Below are positions 24,096 through 39,870 of a stretch of 64,000 nt of DNA, one piece after another. The stretch's first letter is position 1. Each line of letters starts with the position of its first letter. The translations under genes were made by a program, and so were the position numbers. The notes below the pieces were generated by a model that made no database searches, was not told the DNA's origin, and worked only from the letters and a program-made list of their open reading frames with translations. This DNA is from Camelus dromedarius (taxonomy: Eukaryota). The stretch lies in the NCBI RefSeq assembly GCF_036321535.1, contig NC_087436.1, positions 111,292,001 through 111,356,000 of the forward strand, read 5' to 3'.

Positions 24096-27000
24096 GGCAC
24101 AGATAGGTTTGAGCTAAAAAGGCTAAGGATATACCATGCAAATATGAAATGTAAGGACACTTATATGGCTGTACTCATATTAAAGTAGACTTCAGAACAA
24201 GGAATTTTACCAGGAATTAAAAAGAGATGTTTCATAGTGGTAAACGGGTCAGTTCATCTGGAAGACGTAACAGTCCTGAATGTGTATTGCCTAGTAACAG
24301 AGCTCTAAAAATAATGAAGCAAATACTGAGAATTAAATGAAGAAATCTACAGCCATAGTTGGAGATTTTGACACCCTTTTCTGAGTATTTGAACAACTAG
24401 ACTAATATCAGTAAGGACATAGAAGATTTGAACAACACTATCAACTAACTTAGTCTAATCAATATAGACAATATGCTGAACAACTACAGAATAAATTTTT
24501 TTCAAGGCACATAGAACATTCATCAATATAGACAAACTAATATTCTTCATGAATGGAAAATCCTCAACAAAATGTTTGAAAATCAAATCAAGCAATATAG
24601 AAAAAGAATAATACATCATAGCCAAATAGAATTTATTCCAGGAATGCATGATTGGTTTGAAATTTGAAAGGCAATTATATAATTCACCACATTAAAAATA
24701 AAGAGGAAAAATATATAATCATTTCAATCGATGCACAAAAGCATTTGACAAGTTAACATCCTTTCATAATGAAAACTCTGCAATCCATGAATAGAAGACA
24801 CCTTCTTCTACCTGAGAAATGTCATCTGTGATGAACTGTGATATGATAAACTGACATGCTTAACAGTGAAATGTTGGACACATACCTCCTAAAATTGGGA
24901 AAAAGGCAAAAATTCTGCTCTTATTATGTAACATTGACCTGAAGGTCCTAGCCAGTCCTATAAAGCAAGAAAAAAGACTACAAATTAAAAAGAAATAGTA
25001 AAAATGTTTTTATTTACAGACAGAATGATTATGATTGAAATACTCAATATTGTTAAGATCTTAATTTACTCTAAATTAAGTTATAGATTCAGTTCAATCC
25101 CTTATAAAATCCCAATATTTCTTTTTATAGAAGTAAATAAGCTGCTTGAATATAGATATGGAAAAACAAAGGAGCTAGATAAAGAAAAAAATCTTAAAGA
25201 ACAAAGCTGGAGGACTCAGACTTTCCTAATTTCAAGACACAACGAAGCTAGAGTAATAAAGACTATCTGATATCAATGTACAGATAGGCAAGTAGATCAG
25301 TGGTAACTAATGGAGGGCCTGGAAAATAGGCCTGCTCAAAAATGTCTGATTAATTTTTGTTAAAGGTGCTGAAGCAATTCAATGGAGAGAGGAAAAGTTT
25401 TCCAACGAATGGTGTTAGAACTCATAAACATATGAGAAAAAATGGACATCAGCCTCTGCTTCACCCTATGCATAAAAATTAATTTGTTTCATAGATCTAA
25501 ACATAAAAGCTAAAACTATAATGCATAGGAGAATATTGTTGCAAATTTGGAGTAGGAAATGATTTCTTAGGACATGAAAACACTAATAAAGAAAAAATTC
25601 ATAAATTGGTCTTCATCCAAATTAAAATTTCTGCTTATTAAAAAATACCACTGAGAAAATGAATAGACAAGCCACTGACCTATATAAATCAACAATAAAA
25701 AGCCAGCCTACTTTTTAAATGGGCAAAATGCTTGAGGAGACACTTCCATAAAAAAGATATAAAATGGTCCATAAGCCCATGAATATGTGCTCAACATCAT
25801 TAGTCATCGGCAAAGTGCAACTTGAAACCACAACGAGATACCATTTCCCACCTACCAGAGTGGCTACAATGAAAAGACTGACAACACAAAATGCTGCCAA
25901 TGATGAAGAGCAGCTGGAACTTTCATGCATTGTCGGTGGGAGTGTAAAATGGTGCAACCACTTTGGGAAACCATTTATTAGTTTCTTAAAAAGTTAAGTG
26001 TATACCTACCAGTAATTCCAATCCTAGGTGTTTAAGCAAAAGAAATGGAAACATGTATCCATGAAAATATTTGTACAAGAATATTTCTAACAGCTTTATT
26101 CATACTAAAGTGTAAACAATTGAACTGTCTATCAGTAGGAAAGTGGGTAAACCATGGTAAATTCATGTAATGAAATACTACTCAACAACAAAAACAGGAA
26201 CTACTGACATTTACAGCAGCATGGTTGAGTCCCAGAGACATCATGTACGGCCCAAGAAGCCAGACACAGCAGAGTATGTACCACATGATTCTGCCTGTAT
26301 GATGCTTCAGATCAGGCAGAACTAATCTGTGGTGATGGAAATCAAAGCCTTGGCTGCCTATGGACGGCAGATTGACTGGAAGAGGATGCAAGAGAGGTTT
26401 CTGGGTGATGAAAATGTTCTATATTTTGAGTGTAGTGTTGGTATTATGGTTGTGTACATTTGTCAAAGCTCATTCAATTGTACACATGAGGTCTGTGCAC
26501 TTCACTACTGTAAACTTTACCTCAATATAACATTTAAAAAAAAAAACGACTGGGCCCTGGGAGAAAGTCCAGTCCCCTCCCCAGGGATCGCGAGGGAGAG
26601 TTTACCTGTTTCACACCTCTGACCTGCTACTGTCATTTGTCACCCTTGCACTAGACTGGGTGACTTGATCACCTCTGGCTGTCTCCTAACCCTTGGTTTG
26701 TTTCAGACCAAGGTATCTCCCCTTTACTGCTCCTTAAATACGATTATGTTTAGCACATCTTCAAAAAAGTTGAGGATAACTTTTTTGAGAATTAAGATGC
26801 AGAGAAAGAAGCCTCTCTTTCTTAAACATTTGGTCAGTTCTTTATATGATTATTACTATGTGCCAGACACAGTGTTAAGCGGTTTTAGGTATTTGCCCTA
26901 TTAATCCTGTAGCAATCCATGTGCAAGGGACCAGTATGAACCACATGTTGAGATGAGGGAGCCCAGCCAGGTTAAAGAGCTCACTCAGGGTCGCACAGCA

Positions 27001-27949
27001 GCGCAGCAGGGCTGGAGCGTGAACCTGGGCAGCCCGGCGCTGGTGCCCATGCTCCCGACCACTTTGCTGGGCTGTCCTGGCATCCTGCCCTTCCTCCCAG
27101 GGGTTCCCTCTGACTGTCCACAATGCTGGGCCTTCTCATCTCTGCCAAGCCAGAGCCTCCCCTCTCATGGCCTTTCTTCACAGTCCAGGGCCCCAGCTCC
27201 CTAACCTCTGAGCCTCTGGCCTGATGTCTTTGGCAGAGGAAGCAAAACGGCACCAACGTCCCAGCAGTCACCGCAGAGAGGCCCTCTGTGTGGCATCCTT
27301 TTACGTTGTTAAACAGGATAAATACTTAACTTTACAATCTCAGCCAATCCCATTTGAGCTTCTCAGCTGTTTTAAAAGCTTGGAACTGAGTACAAGAAAG
27401 CCTCCTCCAAAAATATTTGTCAGCATCTGTTCTAGAACGCAGAGACTACTGCAGCTTTAAACCAGCGTCGTCTTTTTCCTGCTACAAACACATAAAGGCC
27501 TATTTATAATCCTCCTATGTGTGCTTGGGGACAGCCATAAAAGTTATGAGTGCGCTTTGAAAAGTGTAAAGTACTGTATTCAAGTGGAGCATCATTGTTT
27601 CATTATTTTTTCCATGTGCAGGAAGAGTTGTGAAATTAGACCTTAGAGACGTCTTCTTTTGAATTCCCCAAGGACCCCATATAAGTAGCCCTAAGCTTTC
27701 AGTCATTCTGACAATTGATCGCCTTTTATTCAGCATCCACCGAAGCAGGTATCTGGTGGTTCCAGCTGAATCTTGACAATATGCCAAGTACAACAGCACT
27801 TAGAATTTGTCAAGTTGCGTTTTTATATCTAGGTAAGATGTCTCTTGTTCCCCTAGCTGCCTGTGGAGCTCCCTCCTCCCAGCCCGAGCAGCTGAGATGT
27901 TATCAGGGTGGTCATGTCATTTCCAGCCTGGGATCTTTTGTGATTTTGA

Positions 27950-28288
<339 letters not shown>

Positions 28289-28617
28289 TGAGTGCCTACT
28301 ATGAGCCAGGAACTCTTCTAGGTGCTTGGATAGCGTCAGAGAGCAAACCAGACGAAAGTCCTGCATTACGGGGCGTGTCTTTAGCCAAGGAAGTGGTACA
28401 GACAGTAAATAATAGACAGAAGAAATAGGCAAAGCACAGAGTAGATGAGAAGATGTTAAGGGCTTCAGGAAAAAGAAAAAACAGTGCAGGATAAAGGAGG
28501 CTGGGAGGCTGTGTGGCAGTGAGGGGGTGGGTACAATACCAAATAGGATTGTCAGGAAGCTTCCAAAAGAAAGTGAGATTTGAGCACATGGGGCCGGCGA
28601 GGGAGGCTGCTGTGTAG

Positions 28618-29208
<591 letters not shown>

Positions 29209-29914
29209 TAATCGTACAGAGTCATTATTATCAAATTCCCTTTTCCTGGATGAGGAAAGAGGCTCAGAGAGGTTCAGTAATTTTTCTCAGGGTCACACAG
29301 CTAGCAAGTGGCAAAGCAAGGATGCAAGGATACAGATTCAGGTCTGCTGAACTTCTGGTACTGCTTTTCCCGATCTGCACGTGACCCTGGTATCTTAAGA
29401 ACAACTTGCTCTCATGACTTGGGCCATGTTGTGCATGATGTGTGCTGAGAAGTCAGGCTCAGCCTGGCAGCTGAAAAGGGGAGGGTGGGAGGGTGGCCCA
29501 GTGTTGAAAGATTAGCTCAGCAGAAAAGACCTGAAGGGCTTGGAAAGCAGTGATGGAGCAGTCAGGCCATGAAGATGTGTGACCCAGCAGGGACGGTCAA
29601 GCCCTTGCCACCTGTCATCTACCTTCTGCTTTCTCTGAAGGCCTCCCCTCCCTGCTCTTTCCTGAGATGAGGCCACAGCAGTCTTTACCCTCTAACTGAT
29701 TCCTTCTTTATATGATCAAATCCACCAGACTGGAAGCTCCTTGAGGCCAGGAACCGTATCTGCCTGTTCATCACTGAATCCTCTCCAAGCTCAGAGTAGG
29801 CATATAGTCAAGCTTCTCACTGAATTAACGTCTCAAGTTTAATTTCCTCTTCTATAAATTGGGGATATTGATGCCCACTTCTTTGAGATGTCCAGCTGGT
29901 CAAATGAAAAAACA

Positions 29915-31380
29915 TGAGATTTCTGGTTTTAAGGTGGTAGAGTAAAATCTTTTAAATTCTTTTCTATTGGAAACAATCTAACAATAAAGACACACAGTGG
30001 AAGCATATTCTGTTCAGATGAAGCGAGGAGACATCTGTACACTCGAACCACATACATGAACACAGAAAGCAAATGGGGAAATGGCATATGACCTTGCAGA
30101 GCAGAGAAGCTCAGGCCAGAGTGCCTGGAGATAGAGAATGATAAGAATCAAGCTGACAGCAGAGCTCAGAAAGGCCAGGAGTTGGAGGCACCAGTTAAAA
30201 TGGAAGGCAAGAGTGAGACGGAGCATATGACTTACCTCAAAGCCCAGATTCCAGCCCACCCAGCACAGTCAAGCAATTATTTATTCTCTTGTTTAAGGAC
30301 AGGAGACAGGGGAGGAGAGAAGGGGGGAAGCCCTGGATAAACTAAGCCAAAGAAAGACTTTGAATTAAGAAATAATCAGTCTCAGAGGCTGGGATGATGC
30401 TTGGGTCTGGGAACACGTTTAGGTGAAAATCTGCTTACTGAGCCATTATTAGACGGACTACTGCCACGTCTGTCCCGCCCCCAGCGATGCCTTCTCCTGC
30501 ACAGCTCCGGAAACTGAGCAGCTAGAACTTAGATCCCCAGAGGAGCACACCATCCCACAGACATCCGCCCCGCCACCCATGCCACCCCAGGCAGAGGTGG
30601 AGCTTCCAAATAGCCTCCAGTGACCCACTCTTAAATACGAAGAGACAGCCAAAGATTACTAAACTTTTGAGAAAGCCTCTAATGGGGGAGTTGGAATCCA
30701 GGATAATCAAGAGGAAAAGAATGAGTTCAAAGGAAATAGTTAATGCAGGGAACAGAAAAAGAAAAATTCAATAAGGATTTATATCCTCAGAATTAAGGAT
30801 TAGATTTGCATCCATGAAACAAGGACAACGTGTTATTTGCAAAGGAGGGGACAATTAGAGCAAGAAAGAGCTCTTTTTAAATTAAAAAAAAGTAGGATAG
30901 TAGAAATCCTAAAAAATCAGTAAATGAGTTGAAATGTAAAAAATAAAGAAATCTTCCAGAAAGCAAAGTAGAAAGACAAAGAAATGGATGATGGGAGAGA
31001 AGGAACAAGAAGTGTAGAAACTCAGCCCAGGAGGCTGACATCTAACAGATAGGAGTTCCAGAAAGAGATAATGGAGGGGAGGACATTTTCAAAGAAATAA
31101 CAGAATGAAATTCCTAGAAGGAAATGAGAAGACCCCCCTACCTGGGCTCATCCCGAAACTCCAGAACACCTGCGAAACAGAAGAAATTCTAAAAGCTCCC
31201 AGTGAGGAAAAGTGATACCAGCTCAAGGTGCTTGAATCTGAACATCGCCAGACATCTCAACAGCAACAGGGAAGCTAGGAGATAATGAAGCAATTTTGAC
31301 CAATTAAATTAAAACTATTAACAAGTGTGATCATTGAATAAAAATATCATCATTAATATGAAATATTAGGAAATTTACCT
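29915..31380 (+). mobile_element. Very old L1/HAL1-like 5'/ORF1 relic
   Basis: A-rich, ORF1-like phrases (ataggagttccagaaagaga...tcaaagaaataacag). Confidence 0.5.
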
Positions 31381-31382
31381 TC

Positions 31383-31550
31383 TGTTATAAATTTATGCCT
31401 CTCAGTTCTCAATTCACCCTTCCGTACCTGCTTGCAATGGTGATTTAAGCATTTCTCCTCTTTATGAAGAGCACAATGTTAGGCTTTGTCAGTAGAGGGC
31501 GCTGGAGGCACCTTGCAGGAGAAAGGAGGCTTCCTGGTTCTGGCAATTGC
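31383..31550. mobile_element. ERVL LTR41-like fragment with a CTCF-like motif
   Basis: tgttataaatttat...cacccttc...tgttaggctttgtcagtagagggcgctggagg resembles recalled LTR41; cut off by the adjacent L1. Confidence 0.6.
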
Positions 31551-31990
31551 TTTTTTTTTTTTTTTAATTGAAGTATAGTTGATTTGCAATGTTGCATTAG
31601 TTTCTGGTGTACAGCACAGTGATTCAGTTATACATGTATATATTCTTTTTCATTATAGGTTGTTACAAGTTACTGAAGATAGTTCTCTGTGCTATGTAGT
31701 AGGAACTTGTTGTTTACCTATATTATATATAGTAGTTTTTATCTGCTAATCCCAAACTCTTAATTTATCCCTCCCCACACCTTTCCCCTTTGGTAACTGT
31801 AAGTTTACTTTCTATGTCTGTGAGTCTGTTTCTGTTTTGTAAATAAGTTCAGTTGTATGATCTTTTTTAGATTCCATATATAATTAACATCATGATATTT
31901 GTCTTTCTCTGACTTACTTCACTTAGTATGATAATCTCTAGGTCCATCCATGTTTCTGACAATGGCATGATTTCATTCTTTTTATGGATA
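31551..31990 (-). mobile_element. L1 3' end (laurasiatherian/cetartiodactyl type)
   Basis: Poly-T then aattgaagtatagttgatttgcaatgttg...gacttacttcacttagtatgataatctctaggtccatccatgtt. Confidence 0.9.
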
Positions 31991-32291
31991 GATAGGTAAA
32001 TATAGAATAGGATACTACTCTATTATGTGAAATATATATATATATAAAGACTCAGGTTGCCATTCTCGTTGGAGAGAGCAGACATACAGCCATACAGGTT
32101 GTGGTTCAGGGTGGGATGCCTGGGGCCAAATTCTGGGTCTGCCCCTGACAGGGGTTGGGAGCTTAGGCCGTCCCTCGGCTTCCTTGTGCCTCAGGTGCCT
32201 CATTCATCAAATGATAGCTCATGGCATGTACCTTGCATGACCACTGAAAGCATCAAAAGACATGATCCACGTTAAGTACGCGGCTGAGTAA

Positions 32292-32696
<405 letters not shown>

Positions 32697-33702
32697 TAAA
32701 ATTTAGTCACACTTGTCCCGAACTCATAGAAGCGTTGTATGGGTTTGATGAGATGTTAAATCTAAAATGCTTAGCGTATAGCATGAGACCAGTGAGTGCA
32801 GGTAACGTCAGCAGCATCGTCACGGAACATAAGCCAGATCTCTGAGCCTTCAGGAGAGTTTAATGAGATGGCCTCAACCTCTCGTTTCCATTCTGAAGGT
32901 TTCTGCAAATTCGGGGACTTCGGCCTCCAGGCTCCTGCACGTTCCTCTGCGTCCTTTCCCCGCCCCCACGCTATCCCCAGCACGAAACTCGCCTCCTCTT
33001 CAGTTCCCACAGCAGAAACCCAGCACACAAAGATTTCTGGAAGTTACCAGAGGCAGCAAAGAGCTCCAGAGCCACATTGCTTGGGCTCGAAGCCCAGCTC
33101 TAATACTCACCAGCTGTGTGACGTTGGGCAAGTTGCTTAACTGCTCTGTGACTCAGTTGCTTATCTGTAAAATGGGAATAATAATAGTATCCATCTCATT
33201 GTTGTAGATCATTGCTCTCCCTCATTTTTACCTTTACTCTCATCTTCTTTCCCACTCTTAATAGCAAGACAGATGCCCTCCTTATTTGCAGCCTAGTTTT
33301 AAAGACTGTATTGGCTTTTTTTTTCTTTTTAACATTTTTTTCAAACCCAGACAGGGCTCTCCTTAAGAGAATTCTGGGAAGAGCATTTTCTTAACCTCTA
33401 TATATGAATATGATCTACCTGCTGCTTGGTTGAGTTTTTATTAGACAGTATGTGCTGCTCACCGCATGTCAGCTCTGTCATCTCCTGCCTCCACAATCCA
33501 GCCAAGACCTTGTTATACCCATGAGGAGAACCTGTGAATATTTTGTCTCCTTAAGAGTTGGCAGCAGTGTCAACATTTCCCGCATCATCAGATGGGAAGG
33601 ATGATCCTGGAGAGCAGGTTGTAGGGCTTAAGTGAAAATAGTTGTCTAGGGTTTAGCAGAGTTAATGCTCTACACATGATACTGTTGTTACTGTTCTCTT
33701 GA

Positions 33703-34089
<387 letters not shown>

Positions 34090-36277
34090 TGACGAGCCTG
34101 CAGCCTCCCATCTTTAAGTTTTAAGTGCAGTGTGTTATTTTTGATTCAGATACAATAGCATCTCAGGGGGTTGGTGCCAGACAGGCCTGGAGACAACCCG
34201 TCGGGGTTACTCCTTTGGGCCTGCAGGGGATTTCACGAACACCTTCCCAGACAGACTCCCTGTCCAGCCCTCCCTGTTCCCATGGGTGGGGGCTGCTTTT
34301 CTGTCACCAGATGCTGACTCTCCTTGAACTTTCTGGTCAGACTCAGCCCCCTCCTTACCTGTCCATAATTTGAGCGCAGTGACTCCTCACAGCCCAGGCC
34401 TCTCTCCTCGGCCCACCACAGATGGCTTCAGGTCCTCATCTAAAGCGCGCCTGTGTAGAGCCTTCAGTGGCTCCCTAATCCCATCAGAGTAAGCTCCAGA
34501 TGCCGGGTGTGACACTGAAAAGCCTTCAGCCACTGGCCGTGGTTCGAATCTCCAGCGTATCGCCCTCTGTGCTAAACGTGGGCTCTGCACCTTCCCTCAG
34601 GGCCTTTGCCCCCTGCCTGGGACCCCTCCTCCCACTTCAGGGCCCAGCCCAGCCCTCCACGCTGGGGCCCCTCCACACCTGTGAGCCCCTGGAGCACTTC
34701 CCGTTGCTACAGCTCAGCTGGCACCGGCACCTACTGCGGATGCCGTCAGGGACCTGGCATTTCACAGGTGTCCTTGTTTCCTTCCTCCCTGGATCAGGAG
34801 TCCCGTGAGAGCAGCCATGTCTGCTTCATCTCATCCCCACCCCCGCCTCCCGCACTCAGCACACAGTTCTGCACACAGTAGGGTCTCCACCAGGGTTTCC
34901 AATGGCCATGATTAGTTGGTGTCCCAGCCCTGCCAAAGATCGCAGGAACATGGGGTCGTTCATTTTGTATTTTGGTGGTACCGAGCACCTAATTCGATTC
35001 TCATGTTTCGTGAGCATTATGAACAAGTGTGAATCACAGTAAGATCATCCTGGTCGGTAAAGTCCAGCAGATGGAAGACGGAACGTGATCTGTGCCGTGT
35101 TCTAGACCAGTGGGAGCCACCTGTACCGGTGGAAGGGGATGGGGACTGTGGGATGATGACAGCTGGTGGCTGGAGGGTCCAATGTTGGGCTCTCCACAGT
35201 GACAGGCTCCCCCGAGGGTTATGGATAGAGAAGCGGGCTGGGTGGATGAGACCATACCTGGTGATCCACTCGCCAGCCCTGACCTTCACCTCACTGGAGG
35301 GAAGCCCTGAACCCTCTGGGAGAAACAGCCAGGCCTCACACAATATCCCACGCAGAGAAGAAATACATACACAAGGAGGACCAGCCTCAGGCAGCAGGAG
35401 TGATGCGGGTGCAGTAGAAGGATGGGTTCCCAAGGAGGCCGCCACTGCAGGTAAGCAGTGTTCCAGCCGCTGGGATCTTCTAAGGAGCCCCATGAAATAA
35501 TTCTCAAATTTGTCCCAGCCAAGGACAGAGGGATTTCCTTCTCATTCTCCCATTAGTCAGGGGTGGCCTCACAGGACCCTAACCAGGGTGTGAGTGCCAG
35601 GTGGTGCTCAGGGGGGTCCCACACCATGCAGACCCCAGGGCAGGAAGAAAGAGGTCCGGGGCCTGGGCCACACGCTCCTGTTTAGTCCTTGTGTGGAATG
35701 AACAGATGCACAAGCCTTCAGGCATGTTTGCCTGGACTTGAAAACTGCGACATTCACTCATCAGGGAATGACCCTGACCCCCCTGATTTAATGTCGGACA
35801 AATCTGTATTTCTGTCTGAACCACTGGCATTCAAGCATCATTTCATAGCAGGTGTGCATTTGGCGCCTACTGAATCCCAGCCACTGCGCTCGGGGTTATG
35901 GGACTGGGAAGACGAAGGGGAGACAGGTCCTTCCCAGGACGGCTCCTGGGCTGGTGGAGGAAGCCAGCATGTCAGCAGGGCCGTCAGCGTCCGTAGGCAG
36001 AGAGACAGCCGGTACGGCTTCCGCCTGGGAGCAGCACGCAGGTGGAGAGTTGGGCCTGTTTTCATTTAAGCCACATTCTGGGCTCACCGGCATTTCTGAG
36101 GCCCCGATTTGGTCAACTCGCAATGCAGGGAAACTTTAAGCGGCTAAACGTGAGCTGCTAAAGTCAGGAGCCCAGTTTGGGCTCCAGGCGGGCGGAGCGC
36201 AGGCTGGGTCTTTGCCGCAGCACGTCTGTGGCCCTTGTCTGCCCTTGCGCCTCCTGCAAACCGCTTTTTCTCCCCAG

Positions 36278-36450
36278 GAGGCGGGCAGCCCCGGCCAGAC
36301 GGGGTCCCCGAAGGGCGCTGCTGCGCAGGAGCCCCGCGAGGGATGCGGCCTCCGGGAGGAGAACTCGGAGCTCAAGGAGGAGGTGCGACGGCTGCAGGCG
36401 GAGGTGGAACAGCACCAGCAGGAGGCGCTGCAGCTCCGCGACCAGCGCAA
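36278..36450 (+). CDS. FAM184B: FAM184B coding exon (~13)
   Basis: ttttctccccag|, CAA|gtaggc; EAGSPGQTGSP...GCGLREENSELKEEVRRLQAEVEQHQQEALQLRDQR(K). Confidence 0.92.
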
Positions 36451-37643
36451 GTAGGCCTGGGGCCCCAGAGCTCCCCTCCCTCCCTCCTTCCTTCCCTCCT
36501 TCCCTTCCCGCCTCCCCCACTCACTCCATTGCTCCTTGGTGAGCCTCTGGGATCTAAGATTGGGTCGCATCCTCCGCATCTTCCCAAAGACTCCCTCATA
36601 TGCCAGCACCTCACTGATGTCACTTCTGTGACCCAAGGAAAGTATCAGTGGTCTAGGAATTCTAGATCGCAAAACCACAGGGAATTTGCCCTGAAATAGA
36701 GAGGAGGGGTTTATCTATTTCCCTACAGATCAGGGAATTTATGGAATCCACCCTAACAATGCGAAAAGTAGCCTCAAAACCAGCCTTAGGGAGACAGAGC
36801 AGTGGAATAGCTCAAGACAGTGCTGTGTGCTCTTAACTAGCTGTGCGACTTGGGGGAGTCCCCTCCCCTCTGACTATGCCCTTATCTGTCAAATGGAGAA
36901 GGCAGCAGCTCCTCTCAGGGATGTTGCAGAATGCAGTGAAACTTACACAAACGCTTGGCACTGACCATGGCACTTGGTAAATTGTGGTGGTCACTATCAC
37001 TAGTTTATCCAGGCTGGTCTGTGACCCACTTCAAGGTTAAGAAAAATGATAGCTGATGGTTGAACATGTGCTTTGTGCCACGGGCTGTTCTGGACATGGA
37101 TTAACCTGATTCATCCTTGCACTAACCCTACAAGGTAGCCACTGTTGACAGGTGGAGACACTGAGCAGAGTGTAGCTCACCTGAGGTCACACAGCTAGGA
37201 GGTGATGGAGGAGGCTGCAGGAAGCCTGGCTCTGGATGCTGTTCTCCTAACCCCTCTCCCACCCTGCTTTTCCACAGTGGACTGCTGGTCCCCAGGTCTC
37301 AGAGTCCCAGTGTTTGGTAATTCTGATACAGAATCTCAGCCTCTGGTTGCCCCCACCTGCCCCAAGTAAAGGGAGTGTTTTCTGGGACTCCCCTCCAGAG
37401 CTGTCCCCTACCCTCTCCCCCTGCAGGCTGCCCTCCATGCTTCAAGGAATGTTGGGGTGGGAGGTGCTGAGATGGGGTCCCATAAGCTGGGTTTATCCTG
37501 GACTCCACAGCTCAGGGACCCCAGGTCTCCTCCCATGGTGTCCTGACCTCAGATTCATAACCACCCCCACCCATTGTCTCCCAAACCTGGCCACCCGGCA
37601 GAGGGGGAAGGAAACCCCAGTGCCTGAGAGGGTCCATCCCTAG

Positions 37644-37838
<195 letters not shown>

Positions 37839-38259
37839 TAAGTGAGGCCTTGGCCCCAGAGTGGGAGGGATTAGTGTCTGTTCCCTTTTATTAGGGAGAC
37901 CAACTCATCTCACTGTCCCCAGGACTCTCCCAGTTTTGAAACGAGAAGTCCTGAGCTCCGGGGAGCGCCTCAGTCCCGGACAAACTGGAATGGTTAATCA
38001 CCTGTCCTTTTATGAGACCACATTTCCCTCTTGTGCAGGGCAGTGGGAATCTGAGGAATGAGCACTGACTCATGGGTTCGGTTTTACCCTCACACTTGGA
38101 AGAAATCAGAAGGATTGAGGCTTTTTTTTTTAATGAGCATTTTCCTCTTCTGATATGCATCATCTCATTTAATCTTCATGGTTCTTCAGGGAGAAGACAG
38201 TTACTCCCATGGATAGATAAAGAAATCAAGGGCCCCTCATTCATTTTTGCATGCATTCA

Positions 38260-38850
38260 TTTATTCATTCAACAAATATTTATTAAGGACCTACTGTGTT
38301 CCTTGCACTGTTTTAGACTCTGGGGTTACAATCGGGAATAAAACAAAGACTGTGCTCTCATAGTGCTCACAAATTCTCGGTGGGGATTCTGACAAACTAG
38401 CAAACAAATAAATATTTAACTTCATATCAGGTGGTGAAAGTGCTAGAAGGAAAGCAGGACCAGTGCCTAGAGAGAGCCATGGGTGGGCAAGTAGGTGACA
38501 TTTGAGCATGAAGAGGTGAGAAGTGAAGGGAGCCATCTGGAGCAGGAGCATTCCAAGCAGCCAGAACAGCAAGTGCAAAGGCCCTGGGGCCTGCTTCACG
38601 AGCCCAAACAGCCACAAGGCTGAAGTGGAATGAGTGCTAGAGTGAGTGGTAGGAATTGGAGTTGGTGGGGTAGCTGGGAGGGATGAAGAGAATGCTGTAC
38701 TGAACGGGAAGATGTTTGGGTGTACAAGGCTTTGAGCACGAGTGACGTGGTCTGATTTACCTTCTAACAGGGTCACTTGTGGCTGCTGAGAGGAGAAGAG
38801 ACTGGGAGATCAGGGTCAGTGACAGGGAGACCAGGTCAAGCAGCACTAAG
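38260..38850 (-). mobile_element. L2 3' fragment (similar L2 relics near 28260-28620, 34380-34880, 40250-40550, 52380-52740, 57180-57900)
   Basis: cattcatttattcattcaacaaatatttatt L2 tail followed by typical L2 3' sequence. Confidence 0.75.
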
Positions 38851-39708
38851 TAAATTTAAATGTCACCTGTCTGACCCTTAACTTGTGCTCTTAAAAACTG
38901 TCCCACTGTCTCTAGTACAAAGCAAATCATGCCAAATACAGGGTGGAAGATTTTACCAGCTGCCATCTAATGGGTACTTACCAGGTGCCAGAAATGCATT
39001 ATCTCACTGAGTCCTCATAGCACCCAATTTCACACCCATTTTAAAGGAGGAGCTGAGGCGCTCATGGGCAAAATGCTATGCCCAAGTTTACTCAGCTAGA
39101 AAAAAGCAGAGCTGGGATTAGAGCCCAATTCATCTCACCCCAAAGCCCTGGCCTCTCACCAACTACAGTCAGTAATCACCCGCAGCCCTCGCCCCCTCTC
39201 TCTCCTGCACTGACCCACTGACCGGAGGGTTATTTCTCTCCAGCTTCACGTTGCTGTAAGGGCTGTGGTGGGTACCACTTGCCCCTCTGCTCTGCAGAAT
39301 AAGCTCATGCCATGCTCTCTGGCCGCCAGCAGATGGCGTGGGAGCCACATCTTTATTAACATAACCTGCTGGCCTTGGTGGATGTGGGGAAATTTAGTTT
39401 CCCGCATTGGCTTCTTCTCCCAAACCTCCCTGGTTCTTGAAGCCCCACTGAATGGGGCATTTGTGTGCACACCTGGGCCCTGCAGCCCTGGGGGAACTGA
39501 CAAAATCAGACTGGGAGGTGGGGTCCTGGGCTCCACTTGGAGCTCTGCAACCATCTCACCGGGTAGCCCTGGGCAAGCTCTCTGGGCGTCCGTTTGCACG
39601 TTCGTGAACCGAGTGGGTGGAGGGGCCAAGCGCACAGCAGCATCCTCGTCTTCTCCCTCCTCGCGGTTCAGTAATTGCGGCCTGGGGCCTAACTGCACGC
39701 CTGCTTGA

Positions 39709-39870
<162 letters not shown>

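Larger units (their letters stand above)
21255..26546 (+). mobile_element. Old, internally deleted L1 (5' UTR, ORF1 and ORF2 relics, 3' end with A tail)
   Basis: A-rich strand; decayed ORF1/ORF2 peptides (e.g. KRLPERIKKQD, CSTSLVIGKVQLETTTRYHF), many stops; ends ctcaatataacatttaaaaaaaaaaa. Confidence 0.85.

Noticed and set aside
21255..26546. Active full-length L1 or domesticated L1 gene
   Set aside because: ORF1/ORF2 are broken by stops, frameshifts, large deletions and nested insertions
36136..36699. Stack of overlapping ORFs on both strands
   Set aside because: Stop-poor GC-rich shadow of FAM184B exon 36278-36450
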